Below are positions 9,233-17,306 of a DNA stretch of 32,000 bases, in pieces. The stretch spans positions 34,191-66,190 of the forward strand of contig CAMDQO010000004.1 in assembly GCA_945906105.1 (NCBI GenBank), written 5' to 3'. The position numbers and the translations under genes are program-made. Within the stretch, counting starts at the first letter, position 1. Each line of letters starts with the position of its first letter. The DNA comes from Novosphingobium sp. Chol11 (GTDB taxonomy: Bacteria > Pseudomonadota > Alphaproteobacteria > Sphingomonadales > Sphingomonadaceae). The notes under the pieces are model-generated. The model saw nothing but the letters and a program-made list of their open reading frames with translations, ran no database searches and had not been told where the DNA came from.

Positions 9233-11380
9233 CTATTTGATTTCCAGTCCGCTCCATGCGGCAAGGAAACCCAGAATATCCGCACTCTCTTCAATCGCCT
9301 TGTCGGTCGGCTTGCCCGATCCATGACCGGCGCGCGTTTCGATCCGGATCAGATGCGGTTTCCCGGCGGGATTGGCTGATTGCAATTCAGCGATATATTT
9401 GAAGCTGTGGCCTGGCACCACGCGGTCATCGGTATCGGCAGTCGTCGTCAGCACCGGCGGGTAAGCCACGCCCTTGCGAATATTGTGATAGGGCGAATAG
9501 GCGCGCAACACCTTGAAATCAGCCTCACGATCCGGGTAGCCGTAATCGTCCACCCAATAGCGCCCGGCGGTAAAGCGATCAAAGCGCAGCATATCCATCA
9601 CGCCAACCTGCGGCACGGCGGCGGCGAACAGATCGGGCCGCTGATTGACCACGGCCCCCACCAGCAAGCCGCCGTTCGATCCGCCCTGAATGGTCAGGCC
9701 GTTCTTGGGGGTGATCCCTTGGGCGATCAGATATTCGCCTGCCGCGATGAAATCATCGAAGACGTTCTGCTTGTTGGCGAGCCGGCCGGCATCATGCCAT
9801 TCCTTGCCATATTCACCACCGCCACGCAGATTCGCCAGCGCAAAAGCCCCTCCCGCCTCTAGCCACGCCATCCGCGATGAGGCGAAAGTCGGCGTCAGCG
9901 ACACGTCAAAACCGCCATAGCCATAGAGCAACGTGGGGACGGCCTGGTTTGCAGCAGCGATGTGCTTTTTGCGAACGAGGAACAGCGGCACTCTGGTGCC
10001 ATCTTTCGATGCAAAAAAGCGTTGCTCGATCAAATAATCATCGGGCGTGAAGGTCAGCTCGGGCTGGGCGAAAACAGTGCTTTTACCCGTGCTCAGATCA
10101 TGGCGATAAATCGTTGCCGGACGGTTGAAGCTGGTAAACGAATAGAACGTCTCAGGGTCACCCGGCTTGCCGCCAAAACCGCTTGCCGTGCCAATATCGC
10201 TAAGGCTTATCGCTCGCGCTGGTTTGCCCGCCAGATCATAGACTACGGCGCGTGAGCTGGCGTCCTTGAGATAGCTGATGATCAGCTTGTTGCCGATGAT
10301 ATTGCCCTGCTCGAGCTTCTCTTCGCTTTGCCCGATCAGCTCCTGCCATTGCACATCCTTGCGCGCCAGATCGATCCCGACAAGGCGATAGCGCGGCGCG
10401 TCCTTGTTGGTGACGAACCACATACGGGTGCCCATGCTATCCACCAGCTGCCAGTCGTTCTCGAAACCGGTGACCAGAGAGCGCGCCTTCCATGCGCGCG
10501 CCTTGCGCTTCGCCAGATCGATGACACGGACTTCCAGACGCGCGTCAGTGCCGGTGGAGCTGGTGATCACGGCATAACGGCCGGCCGATGTCACCTGAGC
10601 CGAATGACCAATTTCACGTTGTCCGGGTGTCGAATAGACCAGTTCATCAGCATCTTGGCCGGTACCGATGCGGTGAAAATAGACGGCTTGATTATAGGTT
10701 CGCGCTTGAAAGGCTTCGCCATCAGCGGGCTTGGGGAAGCGGGAATAGAGGAAGCCCTCATTCCCCACCCAGGCGAGCGCAGTATATTTAGCCCAGCGCA
10801 CCTCGTCCGCCATAACCAGACCGGTTTTGACATCGATCAGCTTGAGGATTCGCCAATCGGTGCCGCCGTCCTGCACTGAATACAGCAGAAAGCGGCCATC
10901 ATCAGACGGCCTCCAGCTATCGAGCGCGGTTGCGCCGTCCTTGGCCCAGCTATTGGGGTCGATCAACAGGCGCGCTGTGCCATCAAGCCCATCGCGGACG
11001 AACAGCTGTGACTGGTTCTGCAAACCCGAATTGCGTGTGTAGAAATAGCGCTTGCCCGCCTTCTGCGGCAGGCCAAAGCGCTCATAATTCATCAGTTCGC
11101 GGATACGCTTGGCAAACCAGGCGCGCTGCGGGATCTGCGCGAGATAGGCCGTGGTTGCCTTGTTCTGGCGCGCCACCCAATCAGCCACTTCCTTATCCTT
11201 GCGGACATCGTTTTCGAGCCAGCGATAAGGATCGGCGATCACCTCGCCGAACTGGGTCTCGACCACGTCTCCCTCGCGGGTTTCGGGATAGGCAGGCGAA
11301 TCTGGCAGGGAAGCCTCAGCACTCATGGAAAGGCACAGCAAAGCTGCAGCAAAAAACAGGTCGCGACCAACACGGGGCAT
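9233..11380 (-). CDS. Prolyl oligopeptidase (S9A serine peptidase), exported
   Basis: 715 aa with an N-terminal signal peptide (LLCLSMSAEA). It has a beta-propeller region plus a catalytic domain with GGSNGGLL (nucleophile Ser), a D in ADTDDRV and an H in RAGHG. Confidence 0.9.
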   Translation of the reverse strand: MPRVGRDLFFAAALLCLSMSAEASLPDSPAYPETREGDVVETQFGEVIADPYRWLENDVRKDKEVADWVARQNKATTAYLAQIPQRAWFAKRIRELMNYERFGLPQKAGKRYFYTRNSGLQNQSQLFVRDGLDGTARLLIDPNSWAKDGATALDSWRPSDDGRFLLYSVQDGGTDWRILKLIDVKTGLVMADEVRWAKYTALAWVGNEGFLYSRFPKPADGEAFQARTYNQAVYFHRIGTGQDADELVYSTPGQREIGHSAQVTSAGRYAVITSSTGTDARLEVRVIDLAKRKARAWKARSLVTGFENDWQLVDSMGTRMWFVTNKDAPRYRLVGIDLARKDVQWQELIGQSEEKLEQGNIIGNKLIISYLKDASSRAVVYDLAGKPARAISLSDIGTASGFGGKPGDPETFYSFTSFNRPATIYRHDLSTGKSTVFAQPELTFTPDDYLIEQRFFASKDGTRVPLFLVRKKHIAAANQAVPTLLYGYGGFDVSLTPTFASSRMAWLEAGGAFALANLRGGGEYGKEWHDAGRLANKQNVFDDFIAAGEYLIAQGITPKNGLTIQGGSNGGLLVGAVVNQRPDLFAAAVPQVGVMDMLRFDRFTAGRYWVDDYGYPDREADFKVLRAYSPYHNIRKGVAYPPVLTTTADTDDRVVPGHSFKYIAELQSANPAGKPHLIRIETRAGHGSGKPTDKAIEESADILGFLAAWSGLEIK

Positions 11381-11398
11381 CCCCTACTCCCGAAATGC

Positions 11399-11435
11399 AA
11401 AAAGGCGGTTGCAAACCGTAACGTCTGCAACCGCC
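11399..11435 (-). terminator. Rho-independent terminator downstream of rplQ
   Basis: A perfect 10-bp stem pairs ggcggttgca (11404-11413) with tgcaaccgcc (11426-11435) around a 12-nt loop. On the minus strand it is followed directly by U5 (11399-11403). Confidence 0.7.
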
Positions 11436-11438
11436 CCT

Positions 11439-11474
11439 GCAATAGCCTTGGGCAAATAGTCTTGGGCAATAGCT
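11439..11474. repeat. About 2.6 copies of a 13-14 bp tandem repeat (cttgggcaa(a)tag) in the rplQ 3' region
   Basis: The copies are gcaatagc | cttgggcaaatagt | cttgggcaatagct, read directly. They lie between a 7-bp hairpin (11476-11493) and the terminator. Confidence 0.6.
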
Positions 11475-11501
11475 AGATCGACGAAGGTCGATCAGAGCAG
11501 C

Positions 11502-11921
11502 TTATTCGCCGTCGAAATCTTCGTCGGTCATGACCGGACCCGAATCCTGACCCTTGGCCGAGACATCGCGGTCGACCAGTTCGATCACGCCCATCGGGGC
11601 GGCGTCCGAAGCACGGTAGCCGGCCTTGATGACGCGGGTGTAACCGCCGCTGCGGTCTGCATAACGCGCGCCCAGCACATCAAACAGCTTGATCAGCTGC
11701 GCATCGTCCAGCAGCCGGGCGTGAGCGAGGCGGCGATTGGAAAGGCCGCCATGCTTGGCCAGCGTGATCAGTTTTTCAACATAGGGGCGCAGTTCGCGTG
11801 CCTTGGGCAGCGTGGTTTTGATCTGCTCATGCTTGATCAGAGCTGCCGCCATATTGCGGAACAGCGCCTTACGGTGAGCCGAGGTGCGCTGCAGCTTACG
11901 TCCGCCAATTTTATGACGCAT
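11502..11921 (-). CDS. rplQ: 50S ribosomal protein L17
   Basis: [46 protein letters not shown]-type sequence, positioned after rpoA. Confidence 0.97.
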   Translation of the reverse strand: MRHKIGGRKLQRTSAHRKALFRNMAAALIKHEQIKTTLPKARELRPYVEKLITLAKHGGLSNRRLAHARLLDDAQLIKLFDVLGARYADRSGGYTRVIKAGYRASDAAPMGVIELVDRDVSAKGQDSGPVMTDEDFDGE

Positions 11922-12033
11922 AATTTATTCCTTCGTTCGTTAGGGGCCCGTATCAGGTAGCCCATAGCTGGTCGCGTTAGGTGGCGACCGCACCCGATCC
12001 TCCCCGAGCAGGCTCAGGGAGGATTATCAGTGA

Positions 12034-13092
12034 TTAACCCAGCAGCTCTTGCTCAAGCTTCTTGGCCATCTCTTCGATATTCTCAGGCGGCCAGCCGGGG
12101 ATGTCCATGCCGAGGCGCAGGCCCATCGAGCTCAGGACTTCCTTGATCTCGTTGAGCGACTTGCGGCCGAAATTCGGCGTGCGGAGCATCTCGGCTTCGG
12201 TCTTCTGGACCAGATCGCCGATATAGATGATGTTGTCGTTCTTGAGGCAGTTGGCCGAACGCACCGACAGTTCCAACTCGTCCACCTTCTTGAGGAGGTA
12301 ACGGTTGAGCTGGTTGGTATCGCCTTCGTCGCTTGGTGCCGCAGCCATGCCGATCATCGGCGAGGTGCCAACCGGAGCAATGTCTTCAAAGTGGACGAAC
12401 AGCGCCAGCTGATCCTGCAAGATGCGCGCAGCATAGGCCACGGCGTCTTCAGGAGTGACAGTGCCATCGGTTTCGACGGTCAGGTTGAGCTTGTCGAAAT
12501 CGAGTTCCTGCCCGATGCGAGCATTGTCGATCTTGTAGCTGACCTGACGGACCGGCGAGTAGAGCGAATCAATCGGGATCAGCCCGATCGGCGCGTCAAT
12601 CGGACGGTTCGCCACGGCCGGGACATAGCCCTTCCCGGTATCAGCGGTCAGCTCCATGTTGAGCGTCGCGCCTTCATCGAGATGGCAGATCACCAGATCC
12701 TTGTTCATCACTTCGATATCGCCGGTAACGGCAATGTCGCCAGCCTTGACTTCGCAAGGACCAGTTACCGAAAGCTGGAGACGCTTGGGGCCTTCGCCCT
12801 GCATCCGCAGACCGATCTGCTTCACGTTGAGAACGATGTCGGTGACATCTTCACGAACGCCGGCAAGCGACGAGAACTCATGCAGCACGTTCTCGATCTT
12901 GATCGAGGTGATAGCAGCGCCCTGAAGCGACGAGAGCAGCACCCGGCGCAGCGCGTTGCCAAGTGTCAGACCGAAACCACGCTCAAGCGGCTCAGCGACA
13001 AAAGTGGCGCGGCGCTTTGGGTCGTTCCCGGGCTTGACCTCGAGGTTGTTGGGCTTTTTCAGTTCCTGCCAGTTCTTGATATTGACGGACAT
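12034..13092 (-). CDS. rpoA: DNA-directed RNA polymerase subunit alpha
   Basis: 352 aa. [17 protein letters not shown] is present, and the C-terminal domain has [22 protein letters not shown]. Confidence 0.98.
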   Translation of the reverse strand: MSVNIKNWQELKKPNNLEVKPGNDPKRRATFVAEPLERGFGLTLGNALRRVLLSSLQGAAITSIKIENVLHEFSSLAGVREDVTDIVLNVKQIGLRMQGEGPKRLQLSVTGPCEVKAGDIAVTGDIEVMNKDLVICHLDEGATLNMELTADTGKGYVPAVANRPIDAPIGLIPIDSLYSPVRQVSYKIDNARIGQELDFDKLNLTVETDGTVTPEDAVAYAARILQDQLALFVHFEDIAPVGTSPMIGMAAAPSDEGDTNQLNRYLLKKVDELELSVRSANCLKNDNIIYIGDLVQKTEAEMLRTPNFGRKSLNEIKEVLSSMGLRLGMDIPGWPPENIEEMAKKLEQELLG

Positions 13093-13200
13093 GGATTTCC
13101 CCTATGGGTTTGTTCTGGCGGGATGATCGTGGTGCGGTGCAGCGCCACTATCAATCCTGAAATGCGCGGCGGCTTGCACCCACCACCACGCGGGACTTGA

Positions 13201-13590
13201 TTAGACGCGGCGGCGCTTTGAAGGCCGGACGCCGTTGTGCGGGATCGGTGTCACATCACGGATGGAAGTGATGGTGAACCCGACGGCCTGCAAGGCGCGC
13301 AGAGCTGACTCACGGCCCGAACCAGGGCCTTTGACTTCAACTTCAAGAGTGCGCACGCCGTGTTCGGCGGCTTTCTTGCCGGCATCATCAGCAGCAACCT
13401 GAGCGGCATAGGGAGTCGACTTGCGGCTACCCTTGAAGCCCATCGCACCGGCCGAAGACCAGCTGATAGCATTGCCCTGTGCGTCGGTGATGGTGACCAT
13501 CGTATTGTTGAAGCTGGCGTTCACATGCGCGACGCCGCTCGAGATGTTCTTGCGCTCCCGCTTTTTGATGCGTTGGGGTTCGCGTGCCAT
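13201..13590 (-). CDS. rpsK: 30S ribosomal protein S11
   Basis: [22 protein letters not shown]...[18 protein letters not shown]. Confidence 0.98.
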   Translation of the reverse strand: MAREPQRIKKRERKNISSGVAHVNASFNNTMVTITDAQGNAISWSSAGAMGFKGSRKSTPYAAQVAADDAGKKAAEHGVRTLEVEVKGPGSGRESALRALQAVGFTITSIRDVTPIPHNGVRPSKRRRV

Positions 13591-13648
13591 TGTCTATATC
13601 CTGTCGAAAATCGTGAAGGGAAAGCGGTCAGCCTGTAAAGAGCGACGC

Positions 13649-14017
13649 TTACTTCTTCTTGCCCGCGATGGGCTTGGACTTACCCTTGCGGGTACGGGCA
13701 TTGGTGTGCGTACGCTGTCCGCGAACGGGCAAGCCCTTGCGGTGACGCAGGCCGCGATAGCAGGCCAGATCCATCAGGCGCTTGATGTTCATCGCTGTTT
13801 CGCGGCGAAGATCGCCCTCAACAGTGTGATCCGCATCAATCGCTTCACGAATGTGAAGGACTTCCTGATCGGTCAGATCCTGAACCCGGCGGGCGTGATC
13901 AATGCCGATCTTGTCAGCGATCTGCTTCGCCTTGTGGGCGCCAATACCGTGAATATAGGTGAGCGCGATGATAACGCGCTTGTTAGTGGGGATATTTACC
14001 CCGGCAATACGAGCCAC
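13649..14017 (-). CDS. rpsM: 30S ribosomal protein S13
   Basis: [26 protein letters not shown]... It starts with GTG at 14017, with GGAG 6 nt upstream. Confidence 0.98.
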   Translation of the reverse strand: MARIAGVNIPTNKRVIIALTYIHGIGAHKAKQIADKIGIDHARRVQDLTDQEVLHIREAIDADHTVEGDLRRETAMNIKRLMDLACYRGLRHRKGLPVRGQRTHTNARTRKGKSKPIAGKKK

Positions 14018-14040
14018 TTAATTCTCCATGCTCCACAGGG

Positions 14041-14069
14041 ATTTAGCCAGATGGCCGCCCCTATCTCAA
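14041..14069 (-). promoter_or_regulatory. Candidate sigma70-type promoter for rpsM-rpsK-rpoA-rplQ
   Basis: On the minus strand the sequence reads TTGAGA (14069-14064), a 17-nt spacer, then CTAAAT (14046-14041), about 25 nt upstream of the rpsM GTG. A second candidate (perfect TTGACA at 14191-14186, then cctaat at 14170-14165 after a 15-nt spacer) lies upstream of the long hairpin. Confidence 0.3.
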
Positions 14070-14160
14070 CGCTTCACTCGGGCAAAAACGGCAAAAAGTC
14101 CGGTTGGCATGAGCATATGCTGCTGCCCTCCGGACGAACCCGTTGTTGTCGAGTGAAGCG
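14070..14160 (-). terminator. Extended imperfect 91-nt hairpin with an internal U-tract; likely the spc-block terminator or an rpsM leader attenuator
   Basis: The outer 11-bp perfect stem pairs 14070-14080 with 14150-14160. The next helix pairs 14083-14091 with 14140-14148 (8 of 9 positions). The inner stem pairs 14098-14103 with 14130-14135. On the minus strand the inner stem is followed by UUUUUGCCGUUUUUG. Confidence 0.5.
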
Positions 14161-14288
14161 CGCGATTAGGCCGATTCGTTCAGCCTGTCAACGCTTTGCA
14201 CAGCTGCAAGCACTCCCTATCGCCAAACCGGCGGCAGAAGCCTGTCAGTTGCCGAACTATAATCCGCGAGCAAGGCGCCGTCAAAACG

Positions 14289-15065
14289 TTACAACGGTCC
14301 CCAATCGGTCACCGATTTCTTTGCCGCAGGTTTCTTGGGCGTTCCCAGCGGCTTCACGACTGTCGGCTTGGCAGCCTCGGCTACAGGTTCACCGCCTGCT
14401 GGATCGGTTTGCGCCGGAACGTCCGTTGCATCCCCCGACGCCTTATCGCCCAGTGCCTTATCGCCCGGTGCCTTATCACTTGGTGCCTTATCTGCTGGCG
14501 CATCAGGCGTGGCTGGCTCGCCCCCCAGCTGCCTGGAAAGCCGTGCCAGCTGTTCGGCAAGCACCTTGTCCACAGCAGGGGCAATATCGGCAGTCTTGTA
14601 GCGCATGAAGCCGCCGACAACATATTCCCACAATATGCGTGTGCCTTTGGGCGTCTTTTTCAGGGTGACGGTGAGCACCCCGGTCAAGGCCTCGCTTTGC
14701 AGCGGGCCGAGTCCGCCAACCATGCGCAGCACTTTGCCGGGACTTGAGTGGACGATGTGCATATGTTCAACACTGCCGCGCCGCGTGCCTTCGGGTGCGC
14801 CCGCAGGAACCGGCATCAGCTCACAGAAGCAACCGCTGGCCTGACTGTCGATATAGAGGTTTTCGGCCTTGCCTGACCAGCTGTGCGCGGGATTCCACCA
14901 TTTAGCCGGAGCGGTGAGAGCGGCCCAGGCGGCGTAAGTGTCCACCGGAACATCAGCGCTCTCACGAATGACAAAGCCTGCCTCGGATGATTGCACAACC
15001 TCTGCCTGTGCAGGGACTGCGATCATGGCCATGGCGGCGAGAAACGGCAGGGTGAATCGGCGCAT
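14289..15065 (-). CDS. Secreted SRPBCC-fold (START / AHSA1 / polyketide-cyclase-like) protein with a repetitive C-terminal tail
   Basis: The signal peptide is MRRFTLPFLAAMAMIAVPAQA-E. The core (about 150 aa, VIRESADVPVDTYAAWAALTAPAKWWNPAHSW...GVLTVTLKK..GTRILWEY) resembles the SRPBCC superfamily. The tail is Pro/Ala/Asp/Lys-rich with DKAxx repeats. Confidence 0.65.
   Translation of the reverse strand: MRRFTLPFLAAMAMIAVPAQAEVVQSSEAGFVIRESADVPVDTYAAWAALTAPAKWWNPAHSWSGKAENLYIDSQASGCFCELMPVPAGAPEGTRRGSVEHMHIVHSSPGKVLRMVGGLGPLQSEALTGVLTVTLKKTPKGTRILWEYVVGGFMRYKTADIAPAVDKVLAEQLARLSRQLGGEPATPDAPADKAPSDKAPGDKALGDKASGDATDVPAQTDPAGGEPVAEAAKPTVVKPLGTPKKPAAKKSVTDWGPL
14440..14499 (-). repeat. Four tandem 15-bp repeats inside the SRPBCC gene (in frame, pentapeptide DKAP(S/G)-like)
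   Basis: The four units are gccttatcgcccagt, gccttatcgcccggt, gccttatcacttggt and gccttatctgctggc, read directly. They encode ...PADKAPSDKAPGDKALGDKASGD... Confidence 0.85.
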
Positions 15066-15133
15066 GGCTGGTTAGTCTCCTCTTGCGAGGATGCTAGCAG
15101 CGCCTGAGCCGATTGCCAGCCCTGCGCAAAGCC

Positions 15134-15781
15134 TCAATCAGCCAGAATGCGCTCTATGGCAGCGGTGACATGATCGATGTCGGCCATGCCATTGACCCGC
15201 CCGACAATACCGCGCGCGTCATAGATCGGCAGGATCGGCGCAGTCTTTGCACGATACTCGACCATACGGGTGCGCACGGTCTCTTCATTGTCATCGGGAC
15301 GGCGCTTGAATTGGGTGCCGCCGCACTTGTCGCAGACACCCAGCTGCCTGGGCTGCTCAAACGTGTCATGATAGCCTTTGCCGCAATTGGCGCAGGTAAA
15401 GCGTCCGGTAATGCGTTCAACCAGAGCCTCCTCGTCGACTTCCAACTCGACAACGTGATCAAGCTGCGTGTTGCGGCTTGCGAGAATGACATCAAGCGAT
15501 TCCGCCTGGGCTGCGGTGCGCGGGTAGCCATCGAAAATTGCCCCCTGCCCCGGTGCCAGCGAATCAAGTTCTTCGCCGATCAAGGCCGAGACGATTTCAT
15601 CAGAGACCAGTTCGCCGCGCTCCATCACAGCCTTGGCCTGAAGGCCGACCGGTGTTCCCGCTTTCACAGCAGCGCGAAGCATATCTCCGGTAGAAAGCTG
15701 GCGCATGCCGTGCTTTTCAACCAGTCGCTGTGCCTGAGTGCCTTTGCCCGCTCCCGGCGGTCCAAGCAGAATGATGTTCAC
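15134..15781 (-). CDS. adk: Adenylate kinase (long form with a Cys4 zinc-lid motif)
   Basis: The P-loop is NIILLGPPGAGKGTQA. The lid has CANCGKGYH...CDKCGG. GTG at 15781 is preceded by an AAAGGGGG SD. The ORF-track start at 15904 would overlap secY. Confidence 0.95.
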   Translation of the reverse strand: MNIILLGPPGAGKGTQAQRLVEKHGMRQLSTGDMLRAAVKAGTPVGLQAKAVMERGELVSDEIVSALIGEELDSLAPGQGAIFDGYPRTAAQAESLDVILASRNTQLDHVVELEVDEEALVERITGRFTCANCGKGYHDTFEQPRQLGVCDKCGGTQFKRRPDDNEETVRTRMVEYRAKTAPILPIYDARGIVGRVNGMADIDHVTAAIERILAD

Positions 15782-15812
15782 GCGGAAACCCCCTTTTTCT
15801 GCGTTGCGCCTG

Positions 15813-17162
15813 TTAGCGCATACGGCCCTTAAGCTTCGCCTTCTTGATGAGATCACCATACTGGTGCGCCAGCAAATGTGACTGGATCTGGGTAATCGTA
15901 TCAACCGTCACATTGACAACAATCAGCAGCGATGTGCCCCCGGCAAAGAACAACGATGCCCCGGTCTGTGCCAGCACCCATTCGGGCAGAACGCAGACAA
16001 CCGTAAGATAAGCCGCGCCGATTACCGTGATGCGGGTAAGCACATAGTCCAGATAGGTCGCGGTGGTCTTGCCCGGACGGATGCCGGGAATAAACCCGCC
16101 GTTGCGCTTCAGATTTTCTGCCGTCTCATCGGGATTGAACACCACTGCCGTATAAAAAAAGCAGAAGAATATGATCCCGGCGGCATAGAGCAACATATAG
16201 GCAGGCTTGCCGTGGCCCAGATAGTTATTGATGCCAACAAGGATGCTGCCCATGCGGCTGTCCGTCGCGATCGAATTACCGGCAAAGCTGGTGATCGTCA
16301 GCGGCAGCAGCAGCAGCGAGCTGGCGAAGATCGGCGGAATAACACCCGAGGTGTTGAGCTTGAGCGGCAGATGGCTGCGATCAGCCTGCATCATCCCGCG
16401 CTGTGTCGCCCTTTTGGGATACTGGATCAGTAGGCGCCGCGTTGCCCGTTCGACAAAGCAGATCAGCAAGATCATCGCGACAAGCAGCGCAATCAGACCG
16501 ATGATGACAAAGCCGCCCATCTGGCCCGAGCGACCCTGTTCAAACAGGTTGATGATGAAGCTTGGCATCTGGGCGACGATACCGGCCATGATGATCAGTG
16601 AGGTACCGTTGCCAATCCCGCGCGAGGTAATCTGCTCGCCCAACCACAGCAGGAACATGGTCCCGCCAACCAGCGAAACGACCCCAGCGACATAGAACAT
16701 GGTGTCCGCATGGACGGCAAAGCCCTGCACATCCGCGTTGCGGACAGCAGCATAGCCCTGAATAATGCTCAACAGCACCGCGCCATAACGGCTGTACTGG
16801 TTAAGCTTTCGGCGTCCGCTTTCACCCTCCTTCTTCAAGGAGGCCAGCGAAGGATGCAGCGATGCGGCCAGTTGGACCACGATCGAGGCGGTAATGTATG
16901 GCATCACGCCGAGCGAGATCAGGCTGTAATTCGCCATCGCACCGCCGGAAAACATGTTGAAGAAATCAAGGATGCCTCCAGCATTCTTGTCCATGAACGC
17001 CTTCAGCGCCAGCGGGTTGATGCCCGGCAGCGGCACGAAAGCGAGAAAGCGAAACACGATCAACGCACCAAGCGTGAACCAGATGCGATTCTTGAGTTCG
17101 GTGGCTTTGGTGAAATTGGCCAGACTGAGGTTGCTGGCGACATTATCGGCGCGTGATGCCAT
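15813..17162 (-). CDS. secY: Preprotein translocase subunit SecY
   Basis: 449 aa, polytopic. The sequence includes LGALIVFRFLAFVPLPGIN...GVMPYITASIVVQL... Confidence 0.97.
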   Translation of the reverse strand: MASRADNVASNLSLANFTKATELKNRIWFTLGALIVFRFLAFVPLPGINPLALKAFMDKNAGGILDFFNMFSGGAMANYSLISLGVMPYITASIVVQLAASLHPSLASLKKEGESGRRKLNQYSRYGAVLLSIIQGYAAVRNADVQGFAVHADTMFYVAGVVSLVGGTMFLLWLGEQITSRGIGNGTSLIIMAGIVAQMPSFIINLFEQGRSGQMGGFVIIGLIALLVAMILLICFVERATRRLLIQYPKRATQRGMMQADRSHLPLKLNTSGVIPPIFASSLLLLPLTITSFAGNSIATDSRMGSILVGINNYLGHGKPAYMLLYAAGIIFFCFFYTAVVFNPDETAENLKRNGGFIPGIRPGKTTATYLDYVLTRITVIGAAYLTVVCVLPEWVLAQTGASLFFAGGTSLLIVVNVTVDTITQIQSHLLAHQYGDLIKKAKLKGRMR

Positions 17163-17227
17163 TTTGACTATGAGCCTTGCTGTGGATCCGCAGCGGATCG
17201 CGTACCACCCTTAAGCGGGAAACACCC

Positions 17228-17254
17228 CATATAGGGACGATTGCGCGATGTCGA
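17228..17254 (-). promoter_or_regulatory. Weak candidate promoter for secY-adk downstream of the rplO hairpin
   Basis: On the minus strand the sequence reads TCGACA (17254-17249), a 15-nt spacer, then TATATG (17233-17228). The spacer is short and the match imperfect. Confidence 0.25.
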
Positions 17255-17260
17255 ACCCCC

Positions 17261-17297
17261 GAAACAAACGATCCCCGCAAGCTGTCTTGCGAGGATC
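17261..17297 (-). terminator. Terminator-like or attenuator hairpin between rplO and secY
   Basis: A 12-bp stem pairs 17270-17281 with 17286-17297 (one G.U pair on the minus-strand RNA) around a 4-nt loop. GUUUGUUUC follows, and the hairpin begins 9 nt after the rplO stop. Confidence 0.5.
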
Positions 17298-17306
17298 ATT
17301 GTGTCG

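Noticed and set aside
9226-9235. Convergent stop codons of the hydroxylase-family gene and the prolyl oligopeptidase only 4 nt apart, with no terminator
   Set aside because: This is a real observation, but such tight convergent junctions are common. Nothing further is supported by the sequence.
12049-13200. 383-aa plus-strand ORF covering the whole of rpoA
   Set aside because: It is antisense to an unambiguous rpoA. The sequence is Arg/Leu/Asp-rich with no motifs, which is the classic high-GC antisense open frame.
14018-14288. Search for small ribosomal or translation genes often found here (rpmJ/L36, infA), and for rpsD in the alpha block
   Set aside because: No L36-like or IF1-like frame is present in this gap or in the other intergenic gaps. 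Their absence from the cluster is usual for alphaproteobacteria, so it is not a finding.
14440-14499. 15-bp tandem repeats considered as a CRISPR-like or noncoding VNTR array
   Set aside because: There are no spacers, the unit is only 15 bp, and it is in frame within a coding sequence. It is a peptide repeat, not a CRISPR array.
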